DNA of 64,000 nt from an uncultured Ignavibacteriaceae bacterium (GTDB taxonomy: Bacteria > Bacteroidota > Ignavibacteria > UBA10030). The first letter of the stretch is position 1; each line of letters opens with the position of its first letter. Under the pieces are notes generated by a model, which had not been told where the DNA came from, ran no database searches, and saw only the letters and a program-made list of their open reading frames with translations. The position numbers and the translations under genes were made by a program. The stretch is from NCBI GenBank assembly GCA_964534125.1, contig CAZHOJ010000004.1, forward strand, positions 231,436-295,435. The letters run 5' to 3'. Below are positions 8,788-18,577 of this stretch, one piece after another.

Positions 8788-10392
8788 ATGGAATTTTTCG
8801 GAATAGGCGTTCTCACATGGATCACGTTCCTGCCGGTCCTCGGAATGATCGCGGTCCTGATCATCCCGAAGTCGAACGAGAACGCGGTCAAGTGGACGGC
8901 ACTGGCTGCCACCGGCCTTCAGCTTCTCCTGGCGTTCCTCATCTACGCCAACTTTGATACCGGGCTGAAGGGGATCAACGACGCGGCGTCGATGCAGCTG
9001 AAAGAGCAGTTCTCGTGGATCAGCATTCCGGGCACCTCCTGGATCGGCCGTGTGCAGATCGAGTACTTCCTCGGTATCGACGGCCTGAGCTTTCCGATGG
9101 TTTTCCTGACGGCCCTCATCAGCTTCATTGCCGTCATCTCCTCCTGGAACATCCCGAAGGCCCTGAAGGGCTACATGGCGATGCTGCTCCTGCTGGATAC
9201 GGGTATGATGGGCGTGTTCGTCTCGCTCGATTTCTTTCTCTTCTACGTGTTCTGGGAAGTGATGCTGCTGCCGATGTACTTCCTCATCGGTATCTGGGGT
9301 GGGCCACGGAGGGAGTATGCTGCCATCAAGTTCTTCCTCTATACGCTCCTGGGCAGCGTCCTGATATTGCTGGCGATGATCGCGCTGTACTTCAGCGTTA
9401 CCATCATCGACCCGGCTACAGGGGAGAGTATCCACACCTTCAACATGCTGGCCATGATGGACCCTGCGAACTACGAGCCGGGGTCATTGCTCGCGGGGGC
9501 AGGAACGGCGTTGCGCTCGCTGGCATATCTTGCACTGTTCATCGGGTTCGCGATCAAGGTCCCGATCTTCCCGTTCCATACATGGTTGCCGGATGCGCAC
9601 GTCGAGGCCCCGACCGCCATCAGCGTCATCCTTGCGGGCGTCCTGCTGAAGATGGGAACGTATGGCCTGTTGCGCATCAACTATCCGATGTTTCCCGACA
9701 TTGCCATGGAGTGGGTCGTCCCGCTTGGCATTCTGGCCTTCATCAATATTGTGTATGGAGCGCTCTGCGCGATGGCGCAGAAGGACTTCAAGAAGCTCAT
9801 CGCATATTCCTCCGTGAGCCACATGGGCATTGTCCTGCTGGGTATGGCCGCGATGAACTCCCAGGGCATGATTGGGGCAGTGCTCCAGATGTTCAACCAT
9901 GGCACCATCACCGCTATGCTCTTCCTTATCGTGGGCGTCATCTATGATCGTGCCCACACGCGTGACCTCGATGCGTTCGGTGGGTTGGCCCTGACGATGC
10001 CGAAATACACGGGAATCATGACCGTGGCGTTCTTTGCCGCCCTCGGTCTCCCCGGCCTGAGCGGGTTCATTTCCGAGGCCTTCTCGTTCCTCGGGGCCTT
10101 CAGGGTCGACTCGCTCCGCATCATTACCATCGCCTCGACACTCGGCATCGTCCTGACGGCGGCCTATATGCTCTGGACACTCCAGCGTGTGTTCCTCGGC
10201 CCGAAGAACGAGAAATGGGAGGGATTGCCGGATATCAACGGCCGCGAGCTGGCCGCACTCGTACCGCTGGCAGTCATCGTCATCCTGCTTGGGATCTATC
10301 CGTCAGTCATCATCGATTATATGAGCGCGTCCCTGAACCACCTTGTCGAGGTGATGAATTCGGGAACAACATACATGGCGATCGCGCCATAG
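8788..10392 (+). CDS. nuoM: NADH-quinone oxidoreductase subunit M
   Basis: 534-aa ND4-like protein (WLPDAHVEAPTAISVILAGVLLKMGTYG); GGAG RBS. Confidence 0.92.
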   Translation: MEFFGIGVLTWITFLPVLGMIAVLIIPKSNENAVKWTALAATGLQLLLAFLIYANFDTGLKGINDAASMQLKEQFSWISIPGTSWIGRVQIEYFLGIDGLSFPMVFLTALISFIAVISSWNIPKALKGYMAMLLLLDTGMMGVFVSLDFFLFYVFWEVMLLPMYFLIGIWGGPRREYAAIKFFLYTLLGSVLILLAMIALYFSVTIIDPATGESIHTFNMLAMMDPANYEPGSLLAGAGTALRSLAYLALFIGFAIKVPIFPFHTWLPDAHVEAPTAISVILAGVLLKMGTYGLLRINYPMFPDIAMEWVVPLGILAFINIVYGALCAMAQKDFKKLIAYSSVSHMGIVLLGMAAMNSQGMIGAVLQMFNHGTITAMLFLIVGVIYDRAHTRDLDAFGGLALTMPKYTGIMTVAFFAALGLPGLSGFISEAFSFLGAFRVDSLRIITIASTLGIVLTAAYMLWTLQRVFLGPKNEKWEGLPDINGRELAALVPLAVIVILLGIYPSVIIDYMSASLNHLVEVMNSGTTYMAIAP

Positions 10393-10442
10393 AATATTTC
10401 GGTAGTCAGTAGACAGTCGTCAGTCGACAGATTGCAGCATAC

Positions 10443-11930
10443 ATGGTAGAACAAGTACTCCAAAACCTGTCCCTCTTCATTCCAGAGACCGTCCTGGTGG
10501 TGACGTTCTGCGTCGTCATTCTCGCGCAGCTCATCGTCAGGGGCAGCAAGGTGCTTCCGATACTCCTTGCTCTCATCGGGGTCATCGTTGCGGGATTCTA
10601 TGCCATCGGCCAGTTCGGGCTGCATGAGGCGATCTTCTCGGGCATGATCACGGTCGATGCGTTCGCGTCGTTCTTCAAGGTCCTGCTCGCGCTCAGCACG
10701 GTCTTCATCCTGTTGTTCTCCTTCTCGTCGACAGAGGTGCAGGGGGCGGTGAAACGGGTGGGTGAGTATGCGTCGTTGCTGGTCGCCGCGACATTAGGGA
10801 TGTTCCTGATGGCAGGCGCCTCGAACCTGCTGATGATCGTGCTTGCGGTGGAGCTCACCAGTCTCAGCTCCTATATCCTCGCAGGATATACCAAGGAGGC
10901 GCCGGATGCGAGCGAGGCATCGCTGAAGTATGTCATCTACGGGGCGTTGTCGTCGGGTATCATGCTTTACGGAATCTCGCTGCTGTACGGTTTGACGGGT
11001 TCTCTCGGTCTCCATGAGATCCGGGTGGTCCTTGCGGACAGCGCACCGGTCAACTATCCGCTGCTTCTCCTGTCGACTGTCATGATCCTCGTGGGATTTG
11101 GGTACAAGATATCAGCGGTGCCTTTCCACTTCTGGACCCCCGATGTCTACGAAGGGGCGCCCATCACGATCACGGCCTTCCTGTCGGTCGCATCCAAGGC
11201 CGCCGGATTTGCCGTGATGATCCGGTTCTTTGTTACCACGTCCTACAGCCAACTCGGCTCGGACGTCATCGCAACGCTGCAGTACTTCGAGTGGCCAAAG
11301 CTCCTGGCGATCATCTCCGTGCTGACGATGACACTCGGAAATCTTGTTGCTGTCTGGCAGGACAACATGAAGCGGCTGCTCGCGTATTCGAGCATCGCCC
11401 ACGCCGGTTATATGCTGATGGGCGTTGTCGTGTACAGCCTCACGGGGCTCTCCGCGGTCCTCATCTATCTGACCGCTTACCTGTTCATGAACCTCGGCGC
11501 ATTCTATGTCGTCATGCTGGTGGCTGGCAAGACCGGTTCTGAGGACATTAACAGCTATAAGGGGCTTGCCTACCGGGCCCCGCTCATCAGCGCCGCATTT
11601 GTGATCTTCCTCATCTCCCTCACGGGACTTCCCCCCACGGCGGGTTTCATCGGAAAGCTGTACCTGTTCTCTGCACTGCTCGATGCCAACTGGATCTGGC
11701 TGGCCATTGTCGGCGCCCTGAACAGCGTCATCTCGCTCTACTACTATGTCCGGATCATGCGCAACATGTACCTGCGCGATCCGGAGGCCTCCACAGCCAC
11801 TGTCACGATCAGCCGCGCACAAACGGTGATGCTGTTCTGTCTCCTCGTTCCGGTGCTTGTCCTCGGGCTCTATTTCGCGCCCCTGGTCGATGTGGCCAAT
11901 GCGGCGGTTGCAGTGTTCGGCGTCCGCTAA
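10443..11930 (+). CDS. nuoN: NADH-quinone oxidoreductase subunit N
   Basis: 495-aa ND2-like protein (FHFWTPDVYEGAPITITAFLSVASKAAGF); last gene of the operon. Confidence 0.92.
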   Translation: MVEQVLQNLSLFIPETVLVVTFCVVILAQLIVRGSKVLPILLALIGVIVAGFYAIGQFGLHEAIFSGMITVDAFASFFKVLLALSTVFILLFSFSSTEVQGAVKRVGEYASLLVAATLGMFLMAGASNLLMIVLAVELTSLSSYILAGYTKEAPDASEASLKYVIYGALSSGIMLYGISLLYGLTGSLGLHEIRVVLADSAPVNYPLLLLSTVMILVGFGYKISAVPFHFWTPDVYEGAPITITAFLSVASKAAGFAVMIRFFVTTSYSQLGSDVIATLQYFEWPKLLAIISVLTMTLGNLVAVWQDNMKRLLAYSSIAHAGYMLMGVVVYSLTGLSAVLIYLTAYLFMNLGAFYVVMLVAGKTGSEDINSYKGLAYRAPLISAAFVIFLISLTGLPPTAGFIGKLYLFSALLDANWIWLAIVGALNSVISLYYYVRIMRNMYLRDPEASTATVTISRAQTVMLFCLLVPVLVLGLYFAPLVDVANAAVAVFGVR

Positions 11931-11971
11931 GCCCACTCTCGCCCGATACCTCGCTGTTCCATCCGGGTCCT

Positions 11972-12000
11972 TTGAGGTTACTGTGACCGATTGGTATAAT
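11972..12000 (+). promoter_or_regulatory. Sigma-70-like promoter (TTGAGG-17 bp-TATAAT) upstream of the T9SS esterase gene
   Basis: TTGAGG 11972-11977, 17-nt spacer, TATAAT 11995-12000; about 34 nt upstream of the ATG at 12034. Confidence 0.45.
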
Positions 12001-12033
12001 TCCTCTTCTCACGACGTGAGGCAGAGAGTCATC

Positions 12034-14484
12034 ATGCCACGCTCCGCGTACTGTCTTATTCTTGCTCTTGTGCTGCTTGCGCCGGCCCTGATGACCGCGC
12101 AACCGGCCCGGCTCATCCGTGATACAGGTTCAGGCCGGCCCTTCAATATCTATCTTCCTGCCGGCTATGATTCGTCGGATGAACGGTTCCCCGTGATGTA
12201 TTTCTTCCGGGGGGATGAGGATGAATGGCTCAACAGGTCGGAGGACGCGAGCAGACGTGGTGATATTCGCACCGTCATCGACTCGCTGGTGCGGAACGGA
12301 TCGATCGGCAAAGCCATCTATGTCTTTCCCTATACCCCGCTTCCGACAGCGTTTCCCGAAGACGGCTTTGTCCCGGGCACGATGATGCCGTACGTCGACA
12401 GCGTGTACCGCACGCTCCCCACACGATCCGCGAGGGCCATCGACGGTTTTTCATGGGGTGGACTGTTCAGCATGACATTCATCATCCGGTATCCTCATCT
12501 CATTGCATCCGCGGGTGCGTACGATCCGTCCGTATTCGCGCTTCCGTACGCAGAGTTCGAGTCGCGGAGAGACGATGATCGCCACATGCGCTGGATGCGG
12601 ATGCTGCATGTGTATGTGACCTCGGCTATTCTGGGTGGGAACAACAACGCCGGAACGAGCCAGCTGCTCGATTCGCTGGCTCAATATGGCGTGACAAACC
12701 TGGCGCCAACCCTCGTGCTCGATCCCGCGGCACAGCATAATTGGTACTTTGCGGACCTTCATGCTTCGCGCAATATCCCCAGGCACTGGCATGTGATAGG
12801 TCACCCCGGGCAGAATACGGTTGTGAGCATCACGGGACCGGTAGAAGGAGGGCAGGTGTCCGGGTCGGTCCCTGTCGGTTGGTCGGCCGCATCGGCTGAC
12901 ACGACGCTGCAGGTGTTCGTCCAGATATCCAGGGACCTTGGGCAGACCTGGCGGGAACTCTCGGCAGGAGCGGATGCGAACGGGACCGTGTCATGGAACA
13001 CGCTCGACGATCCTGATGGCTCATTCTATACTGTCCGGGTGATCGCGGCCGGAGATACGAGCTTCGGGGAGGAGAGCGTCGTGCGTGTCAGGGTGAACAA
13101 TCCCGGCAATGCGCCCCCTGAGGCCTATTTCAGCGACCTCTCCGCGAACAGCACGCTTTCAGGCACAGCGACGATCCGATGGATCGGAGAGGATGCGGAA
13201 CAGGACCCGTCCACCGCTTCTGTCCAGATCAGTCCGGATGGAGGAATCACCTGGCTTGGAATACCGGGAAGCTTCTCTCTGAATGATTCGGTTCTGTGGG
13301 ATACACGTCAGTATCCGAACGGGGTGGCGTATCTGCTCCGGCTCCTCGCGACCGATGGTGCTGACAGCGCAGTTGTGTTGTCGCCTATGTTCGGGGTGAG
13401 CAATGTCCGGCAGCAGCTGTCCGGCACCCTGATCGAACGCTCGACGATGAGAGGGGATGCAGACATTTCGGTGCATGTTGTCGACCAGACCTCCGTCGCA
13501 GGCCAGCGATATCGCGTGACCTTTTCCAGGATCCCGGGAGATCCGTACCACCAGGCTTCTGGTCCGCTGTCGTATGAGGTCAGGAATCTGACAGCCGACA
13601 TTGCTCTCCTCGCCGCTGTTCCGGTCCGTTCCGATGTGGAAGAAGGCCCGGTATTCGATGGCCTCAGGCTGAGCATCAGGGACGCGGGTGCAATCGATTT
13701 CAATGCTGACGGGTCAGGATGGATGGCGGGAACATCCAATCTCTCGGCAAAGCTCATTGTGCCTTCCATTGTCCTCCCGCCCGACACCTTCCAGGGACGG
13801 CCCTTCCCGGCTGACTATATTCTTCGGGTGTCTGATGATGTCGTCGATACCACCATATCGCGTTTCGGGACCGTTCCCACTCCTGTCCGCTGGAAGATCA
13901 TGAACCGCTTCACGAACCGGGCGGTATTGCAGGAGTACCTTGATGTCGACATGACGGGAACGCTCACCCACGGAGATGAGGTCTACTTCTGGGAGGTGCT
14001 GTACCGCTCAGACGGACAGGAGGGAGCTGGTCCGGACACGGTGCTGACATGGCAGGCTGTCTTCTCATCACCACCAACGTTGTTCCCGCCGGCAGCCGGA
14101 GATTCGCTCCTGTGGGCGGTTCGGAGTCCTTTGCATTCCGGGGACAGCTTCGAGTTCGACGCGGTGCTCACAGACGTTGCGAAAGGGGAAAGCGTCCCTG
14201 CGTCGGCTGTGCTCCATGAAGCATATCCGAATCCGTTCAATCCCTCGACGACCATCAGCTTCTCGATGCCTGCGACCGCAATCGTCGCGGTCGATATCTA
14301 CAACATGCTTGGCCAGCGGGTGGAGGAGTTTGTGCCACGTCCGTACAGTCATGGTGACCATCGTATCCTCTGGAACGCGGCCGGCCTCCCGACAGGCATA
14401 TATGTCGTACGAGTTACCATTTCCGATGCTCAAGGCCGAAGTGCCACACATCATCTGTATAACAAGCTCGTGTTGCTCAAATGA
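12034..14484 (+). CDS. Secreted esterase-family alpha/beta hydrolase with central beta-rich repeats and a T9SS (Por) C-terminal sorting domain
   Basis: Signal peptide MPRSAYCLILALVLLAPALMTAQ. Putative-esterase (PF00756-like) N-domain with GFSWGG. C-terminal AYPNPFNPSTTISFSMP...GIYVVRVTISDAQGRS T9SS CTD. Confidence 0.75.
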   Translation: MPRSAYCLILALVLLAPALMTAQPARLIRDTGSGRPFNIYLPAGYDSSDERFPVMYFFRGDEDEWLNRSEDASRRGDIRTVIDSLVRNGSIGKAIYVFPYTPLPTAFPEDGFVPGTMMPYVDSVYRTLPTRSARAIDGFSWGGLFSMTFIIRYPHLIASAGAYDPSVFALPYAEFESRRDDDRHMRWMRMLHVYVTSAILGGNNNAGTSQLLDSLAQYGVTNLAPTLVLDPAAQHNWYFADLHASRNIPRHWHVIGHPGQNTVVSITGPVEGGQVSGSVPVGWSAASADTTLQVFVQISRDLGQTWRELSAGADANGTVSWNTLDDPDGSFYTVRVIAAGDTSFGEESVVRVRVNNPGNAPPEAYFSDLSANSTLSGTATIRWIGEDAEQDPSTASVQISPDGGITWLGIPGSFSLNDSVLWDTRQYPNGVAYLLRLLATDGADSAVVLSPMFGVSNVRQQLSGTLIERSTMRGDADISVHVVDQTSVAGQRYRVTFSRIPGDPYHQASGPLSYEVRNLTADIALLAAVPVRSDVEEGPVFDGLRLSIRDAGAIDFNADGSGWMAGTSNLSAKLIVPSIVLPPDTFQGRPFPADYILRVSDDVVDTTISRFGTVPTPVRWKIMNRFTNRAVLQEYLDVDMTGTLTHGDEVYFWEVLYRSDGQEGAGPDTVLTWQAVFSSPPTLFPPAAGDSLLWAVRSPLHSGDSFEFDAVLTDVAKGESVPASAVLHEAYPNPFNPSTTISFSMPATAIVAVDIYNMLGQRVEEFVPRPYSHGDHRILWNAAGLPTGIYVVRVTISDAQGRSATHHLYNKLVLLK

Positions 14485-16157
14485 AAAATCTCTTATGCCG
14501 TTGGCGTATTGTCCTGGTTCTGCTCCTCGCTCAGGGGACTGTCCAGGCACAGTCATTCACCTGGACACCGCTCACCACGAACCTGCCCGCATCGATTCAG
14601 GTGTTCCAGGGAACTGCCACCGGTCCCATCGCCGCATTCTATGCACGTGTTGGCTACTCGGATACGACACTCGTGGCAAAAGCGCTTGTGAGCGTGGATG
14701 CCGACGGCAAGGCACCTCTCTCCGCCATCATCTCCCAGGCAGGTGCATATGTGGGTGTCAACGGCGGATACTTCAACACCACCTCGAATCCCGCTGTGAG
14801 CTACAGCCTGGTCGTGAATGACGGCGTCCTCATCGCCAGGCAGATCGCAAGCGTGACCCGGACCAGCGGATTCTATACGGTCATGCGGGCGGCGTTCGCC
14901 GTGAAGGAGGATCGCTCGTTCGGGACCTCCTGGGTCTATCATTTCGGCAATGATATCGCATCGATGTATGCATATGATGCACCGATGCCGAACACGCTCA
15001 CCACGCCTGCGCCGCCGCCGCTAACGGCCGATGGAGCACCGTGGCGGGGGATCGTCGAGGCTATCGGCGGAGGCCCGAATCTCGTGTCGAATGGTTCAGT
15101 GAACGTGACATACGACGAGGAAGTGTTCTTCGAATCGGGTGTCGAATCTGCTCTGGCCCAACCGCGATCGGCCATCGGATATACGGCTTCGGGGGACCTG
15201 ATCATGCTCGTCGTGGATGGCAGGCAGGCGTCGAGTGTCGGTGTGACGCTCCCGCAGCTTGCGAACATCATGATCGGCCTTGGCTGCGTCGAAGCGATGA
15301 ACCTTGATGGTGGTGGTTCCTCGACGCTTGTCGCTGACGGCACGGTCATCAACAGCCCATCCGACGGATCGGAACGGCACATACCGACAGCCTTTGCAGT
15401 GCTCCCGGCGCCCACACCTCCCGCATTCGAAAAGGACTACGACACAGAGGGTGCGGCGTATCAGGAATACGGCTCAGGCTGGATCACCACCGCGAATCCG
15501 GGGTCGTTCGGTGCCGGGGCCCGGCTTAATCCGGTTGGGACGGGCGAGGACAGGGCGGTCTTCAGGCTTGGCTTGCCGGCTGCGGGTTCCTATGATGTCT
15601 ACGCCTGGTGGGTGGCTGCTTCGAACAGAGCGGCGAACACGCCTTTCATTGTGCATCACAGCGGCGGGACGGACACGGTCCGGATGAATCAATCCACCGG
15701 TGGAAGTTCGTGGCAGAAGGTCGGGGAATTCAGCTTCACCGGAACGGATGCTGATTCGGTGGAGATCACAGACCAGGCTGATGCGGGCGCAACGACCACC
15801 TATGTCGCTGCCGATGGATTACGGATCGTGGCGAAAGAGCTGACAACTGCCGTCCGGTCGTCCTCATCGGATGTGCCATCGTCTTTCGGCTTGTCAGAGG
15901 CATATCCGAACCCGTTCAATCCCTCGACGCGTCTTGAGATCACTCTCCCCGAACAGGCCTGGGTCGATCTGACGGTCTTCGATCAGTTGGGGCGGGAGGT
16001 AGAACGGCTGGCCAGCCGGGAAATGCACCCAGGTACCCACCATGTGATCTGGGATGCTTCAGGCGTGGCCAGTGGATTGTATGTCGTACGAATGGCGGTC
16101 CGCAACAACTCTGGTCCTCTGACCCCGATCTCACGAAAAGCGTTGCTTCTCAGGTAG
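14481..16157 (+). CDS. Secreted phosphodiester glycosidase family (NAGPA/DUF2233-like) protein with a T9SS C-terminal sorting domain
   Basis: ATGA overlap with the upstream esterase. Signal peptide; NLDGGGSSTLV motif; C-terminal AYPNPFNPSTRLEITLP...GLYVVRMAV CTD. Confidence 0.7.
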   Translation: MKNLLCRWRIVLVLLLAQGTVQAQSFTWTPLTTNLPASIQVFQGTATGPIAAFYARVGYSDTTLVAKALVSVDADGKAPLSAIISQAGAYVGVNGGYFNTTSNPAVSYSLVVNDGVLIARQIASVTRTSGFYTVMRAAFAVKEDRSFGTSWVYHFGNDIASMYAYDAPMPNTLTTPAPPPLTADGAPWRGIVEAIGGGPNLVSNGSVNVTYDEEVFFESGVESALAQPRSAIGYTASGDLIMLVVDGRQASSVGVTLPQLANIMIGLGCVEAMNLDGGGSSTLVADGTVINSPSDGSERHIPTAFAVLPAPTPPAFEKDYDTEGAAYQEYGSGWITTANPGSFGAGARLNPVGTGEDRAVFRLGLPAAGSYDVYAWWVAASNRAANTPFIVHHSGGTDTVRMNQSTGGSSWQKVGEFSFTGTDADSVEITDQADAGATTTYVAADGLRIVAKELTTAVRSSSSDVPSSFGLSEAYPNPFNPSTRLEITLPEQAWVDLTVFDQLGREVERLASREMHPGTHHVIWDASGVASGLYVVRMAVRNNSGPLTPISRKALLLR

Positions 16158-16182
16158 CAAGCCCCTGACCCTGCAGTTCTTG

Positions 16183-16653
16183 TCAGTGCCGCGGAACCTT
16201 GCCCGTCCTCTGGAAGATCCACCGCATGCACACGTGACCGAAGTCGACCGGTGCGACGAACATCATCGGGCATCCTCCCTCGATGGCCTCGATGCCCTGC
16301 TTCCGGCATTCCTCCGACGCCTCATGTGACCAGCTTCCATCACCGATCGACCGATGGAACCACACCTTCCGGATCCCCAGCTTCCCGCATTCACGAACGA
16401 CAGCGGTCGAGACATTCGGGTGGGTGGCGATCATCACAGCCTCGGGCGCCTCGGGAATGGAGGAGAGGTCCGAGTAGCATGCTGTTCCCCTGAACTCCTT
16501 CATGTGCGGATTGACGGGGACGACAGTATGACCTGCGCCGGCCAACTTGTCGTAGATGGCGTTCGACGCTTCGTGCGGATTCCTCGAGACGCCGACGACC
16601 GCGATCGTGCGGGACCTCAGGAATGCATCTATAGCCGAGGGCATGGGTACCAT
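16183..16653 (-). CDS. CoA-binding domain protein (YccU-like); the ORF could extend N-terminally to 16806
   Basis: RTIAVVGVSRNPHEASNAIYDKLAGAGHTVVPVNP...ACYSDLSSIPEAPEAVMIATHP, characteristic of the CoA_binding_2 family. Confidence 0.7.
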   Translation of the reverse strand: MVPMPSAIDAFLRSRTIAVVGVSRNPHEASNAIYDKLAGAGHTVVPVNPHMKEFRGTACYSDLSSIPEAPEAVMIATHPNVSTAVVRECGKLGIRKVWFHRSIGDGSWSHEASEECRKQGIEAIEGGCPMMFVAPVDFGHVCMRWIFQRTGKVPRH

Positions 16654-16951
16654 GGCATCACCTTTTTCCGATGGGATAGTCCACATCGATCCGTGCAACT
16701 GGCATGCCAGCTGATTTTGGCTCTGAACAGGCATTTCTGTCGCAGATCTGGCAAATATTTCAACAATGCCTCCGGGCGTGGCGTACATCGTATGCCTGTC
16801 TGCCAATCGGGTGGCGCATCATATGAGAGATGAGAAGTCATGGGAATGTATTACATTGCGGGCAACCGATAGTCCTGTTCTGTACCTGCAGGAGCAGAAG
16901 AATGCAGGACGGGCATCCGTTTCGGAGAACGCGCCTCCCCAAAAGCCAACG

Positions 16952-18550
16952 ATGGACCGGCGAACCTTCCTGCGAACGAGCGCATCTGCTGCGAGCACCA
17001 TCGTGCTGCTGTCGCGCCGGTCCTTCTCTGCTTTGCCCGGCCATCTCAGTCCCCGATTCATCGTCCATCCCTTCGTGGAACAGAATCCATCGGCCGTCTT
17101 CATTCTCAGGACGAACGTCGATGTGAAGACCAACTCGCCCGCCATCTACGAGGCTGGCAATGCCTTCGGCCGGTCGGTGTTCCTTCCCTCCGAATCGGAC
17201 GGTTTCCCCACCTCTGCTATCGTTGCCATCAAACCGAACCTCACAAGCAGGGACAGAAGCCATCCGCAGTATACGATCGAGCGGTCGATGGGCATCGTGA
17301 CGGATGCATCCTTCGTCGAGGGGATCATCGACAGTCTCAAGCTGCTGGGGATGGCGGGCTCTCAGTTCTATATCCGTGAGATAAACAGTCCATCTGATTT
17401 TGAAGATGGCGGATATGTCGCGATGGCCGCCCGAACCGGGGCGGAGATCCGAAGTATGCAGGCATCATGGATAGAATACATGCCCATCGAGGATGTGCAG
17501 TGGGTCGAGGTGCCCGATGGGACGTGGTTCCAAAGGATCCCGTACCTGTGGCCGGTGAATGCACCAGGCAGTTATTTGCTGAACATCGCCAAGTTCAAAG
17601 CCCATACGATGGGGATCACCGGTTGTGCGAAGAATCTGCAGGGTACCTGTGCGAACGGATACCAGCAGCATTGCCGGATCTTCGGATCAGCCATGAACAT
17701 TCGGCCGCAGGATATGTGTGCCGATGCCAACACCGTGATCCAGGACAACTACAACCGGCATGTGGCTGACGGCATCCCTCGTTGGGGCATTCCGGGGGAT
17801 TATGGGGGAATGCGCCAGGAGATCTGGGCTACACGCTGCCTGGACAATAATTCGGTCTCGCATCCGGGTCTTCACGTCATCGAGGGGATCTATGGCCGGG
17901 ACGGAAATTTCATGAACGGCCCGAGCACTGAGGGACTGGCGACGGACTACATGACGAATATCGTTCTTTTCGGAAAGGACCCGTTCCATGTTGAAGTTGC
18001 AGCACACTGGCGTGCAGGCCATGAGCCGGGTAATTTCGGGCTCTTCCATCTGGCAGTTGAGCGGGGTCAGGCTGCCACGATCAATCCGCATGCACTGCAG
18101 GTCTATGAATGGTCGCTCCAGGGGTCGGCCACATTGAAACCGATCACAGAATTTTCACGAACGCCGTTGAAGACCGTTTACCTCCGTCGGACGGATGTGG
18201 AGCCTGCAGAGCAGACGTATCATCTCGTTGACGAGCCGTACGATTATGGGGCCAGCATGGTCGGCGGTCAGGTCTCGGACGTTCCTGATATGATGGTGCT
18301 CGAGCAGAGCTATCCGAATCCGTTCAATGGAAATGTCAGTATCAGGTTCTCTATGCCGAAGGATGCAGATGTGCTGGTCGAGATATTCGATGTTGCTGGC
18401 CGGCGGATGGGTATTCTTGCAGATGGATTCGTGCAGCGGGGGGCACATCTTGTGTCGTGGAACGCCTCCGGAGCAGGTTCGGGAGTGTACTTCTGCCGTC
18501 TGCTCTCCGGCGGTTCGAGCATCGTCAGGTCGATGGTGCTGGTCCGTTAG
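16952..18550 (+). CDS. DUF362-domain protein with a twin-arginine (Tat) signal peptide and a T9SS C-terminal sorting domain
   Basis: N-terminus MDRRTFLRTSASAASTIVLLSRRSFSA (RRxFL Tat motif). AIVAIKPNL DUF362 hallmark. Cys-rich GCAKNLQGTCANGYQQHCRIFG. C-terminal SYPNPFNGNVSIRFSMP...GVYFCRL CTD. Confidence 0.7.
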   Translation: MDRRTFLRTSASAASTIVLLSRRSFSALPGHLSPRFIVHPFVEQNPSAVFILRTNVDVKTNSPAIYEAGNAFGRSVFLPSESDGFPTSAIVAIKPNLTSRDRSHPQYTIERSMGIVTDASFVEGIIDSLKLLGMAGSQFYIREINSPSDFEDGGYVAMAARTGAEIRSMQASWIEYMPIEDVQWVEVPDGTWFQRIPYLWPVNAPGSYLLNIAKFKAHTMGITGCAKNLQGTCANGYQQHCRIFGSAMNIRPQDMCADANTVIQDNYNRHVADGIPRWGIPGDYGGMRQEIWATRCLDNNSVSHPGLHVIEGIYGRDGNFMNGPSTEGLATDYMTNIVLFGKDPFHVEVAAHWRAGHEPGNFGLFHLAVERGQAATINPHALQVYEWSLQGSATLKPITEFSRTPLKTVYLRRTDVEPAEQTYHLVDEPYDYGASMVGGQVSDVPDMMVLEQSYPNPFNGNVSIRFSMPKDADVLVEIFDVAGRRMGILADGFVQRGAHLVSWNASGAGSGVYFCRLLSGGSSIVRSMVLVR

Positions 18551-18577
18551 GCGATCGTCCGCCGGGAAGGGCCATTC

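Noticed and set aside
11857-12033. N-terminal 59 aa of the long ORF preceding the esterase signal peptide
   Set aside because: Overlaps the nuoN 3' end in another frame. The signal peptide, promoter-like TTGAGG-17-TATAAT and Met at 12034 indicate the true start.
16689-16700. Perfect 12-bp palindrome CTGGCATGCCAG upstream of the CoA-binding gene
   Set aside because: 12-bp palindromes are expected about a dozen times by chance in 64 kb of this composition; no second copy or other support for an operator.
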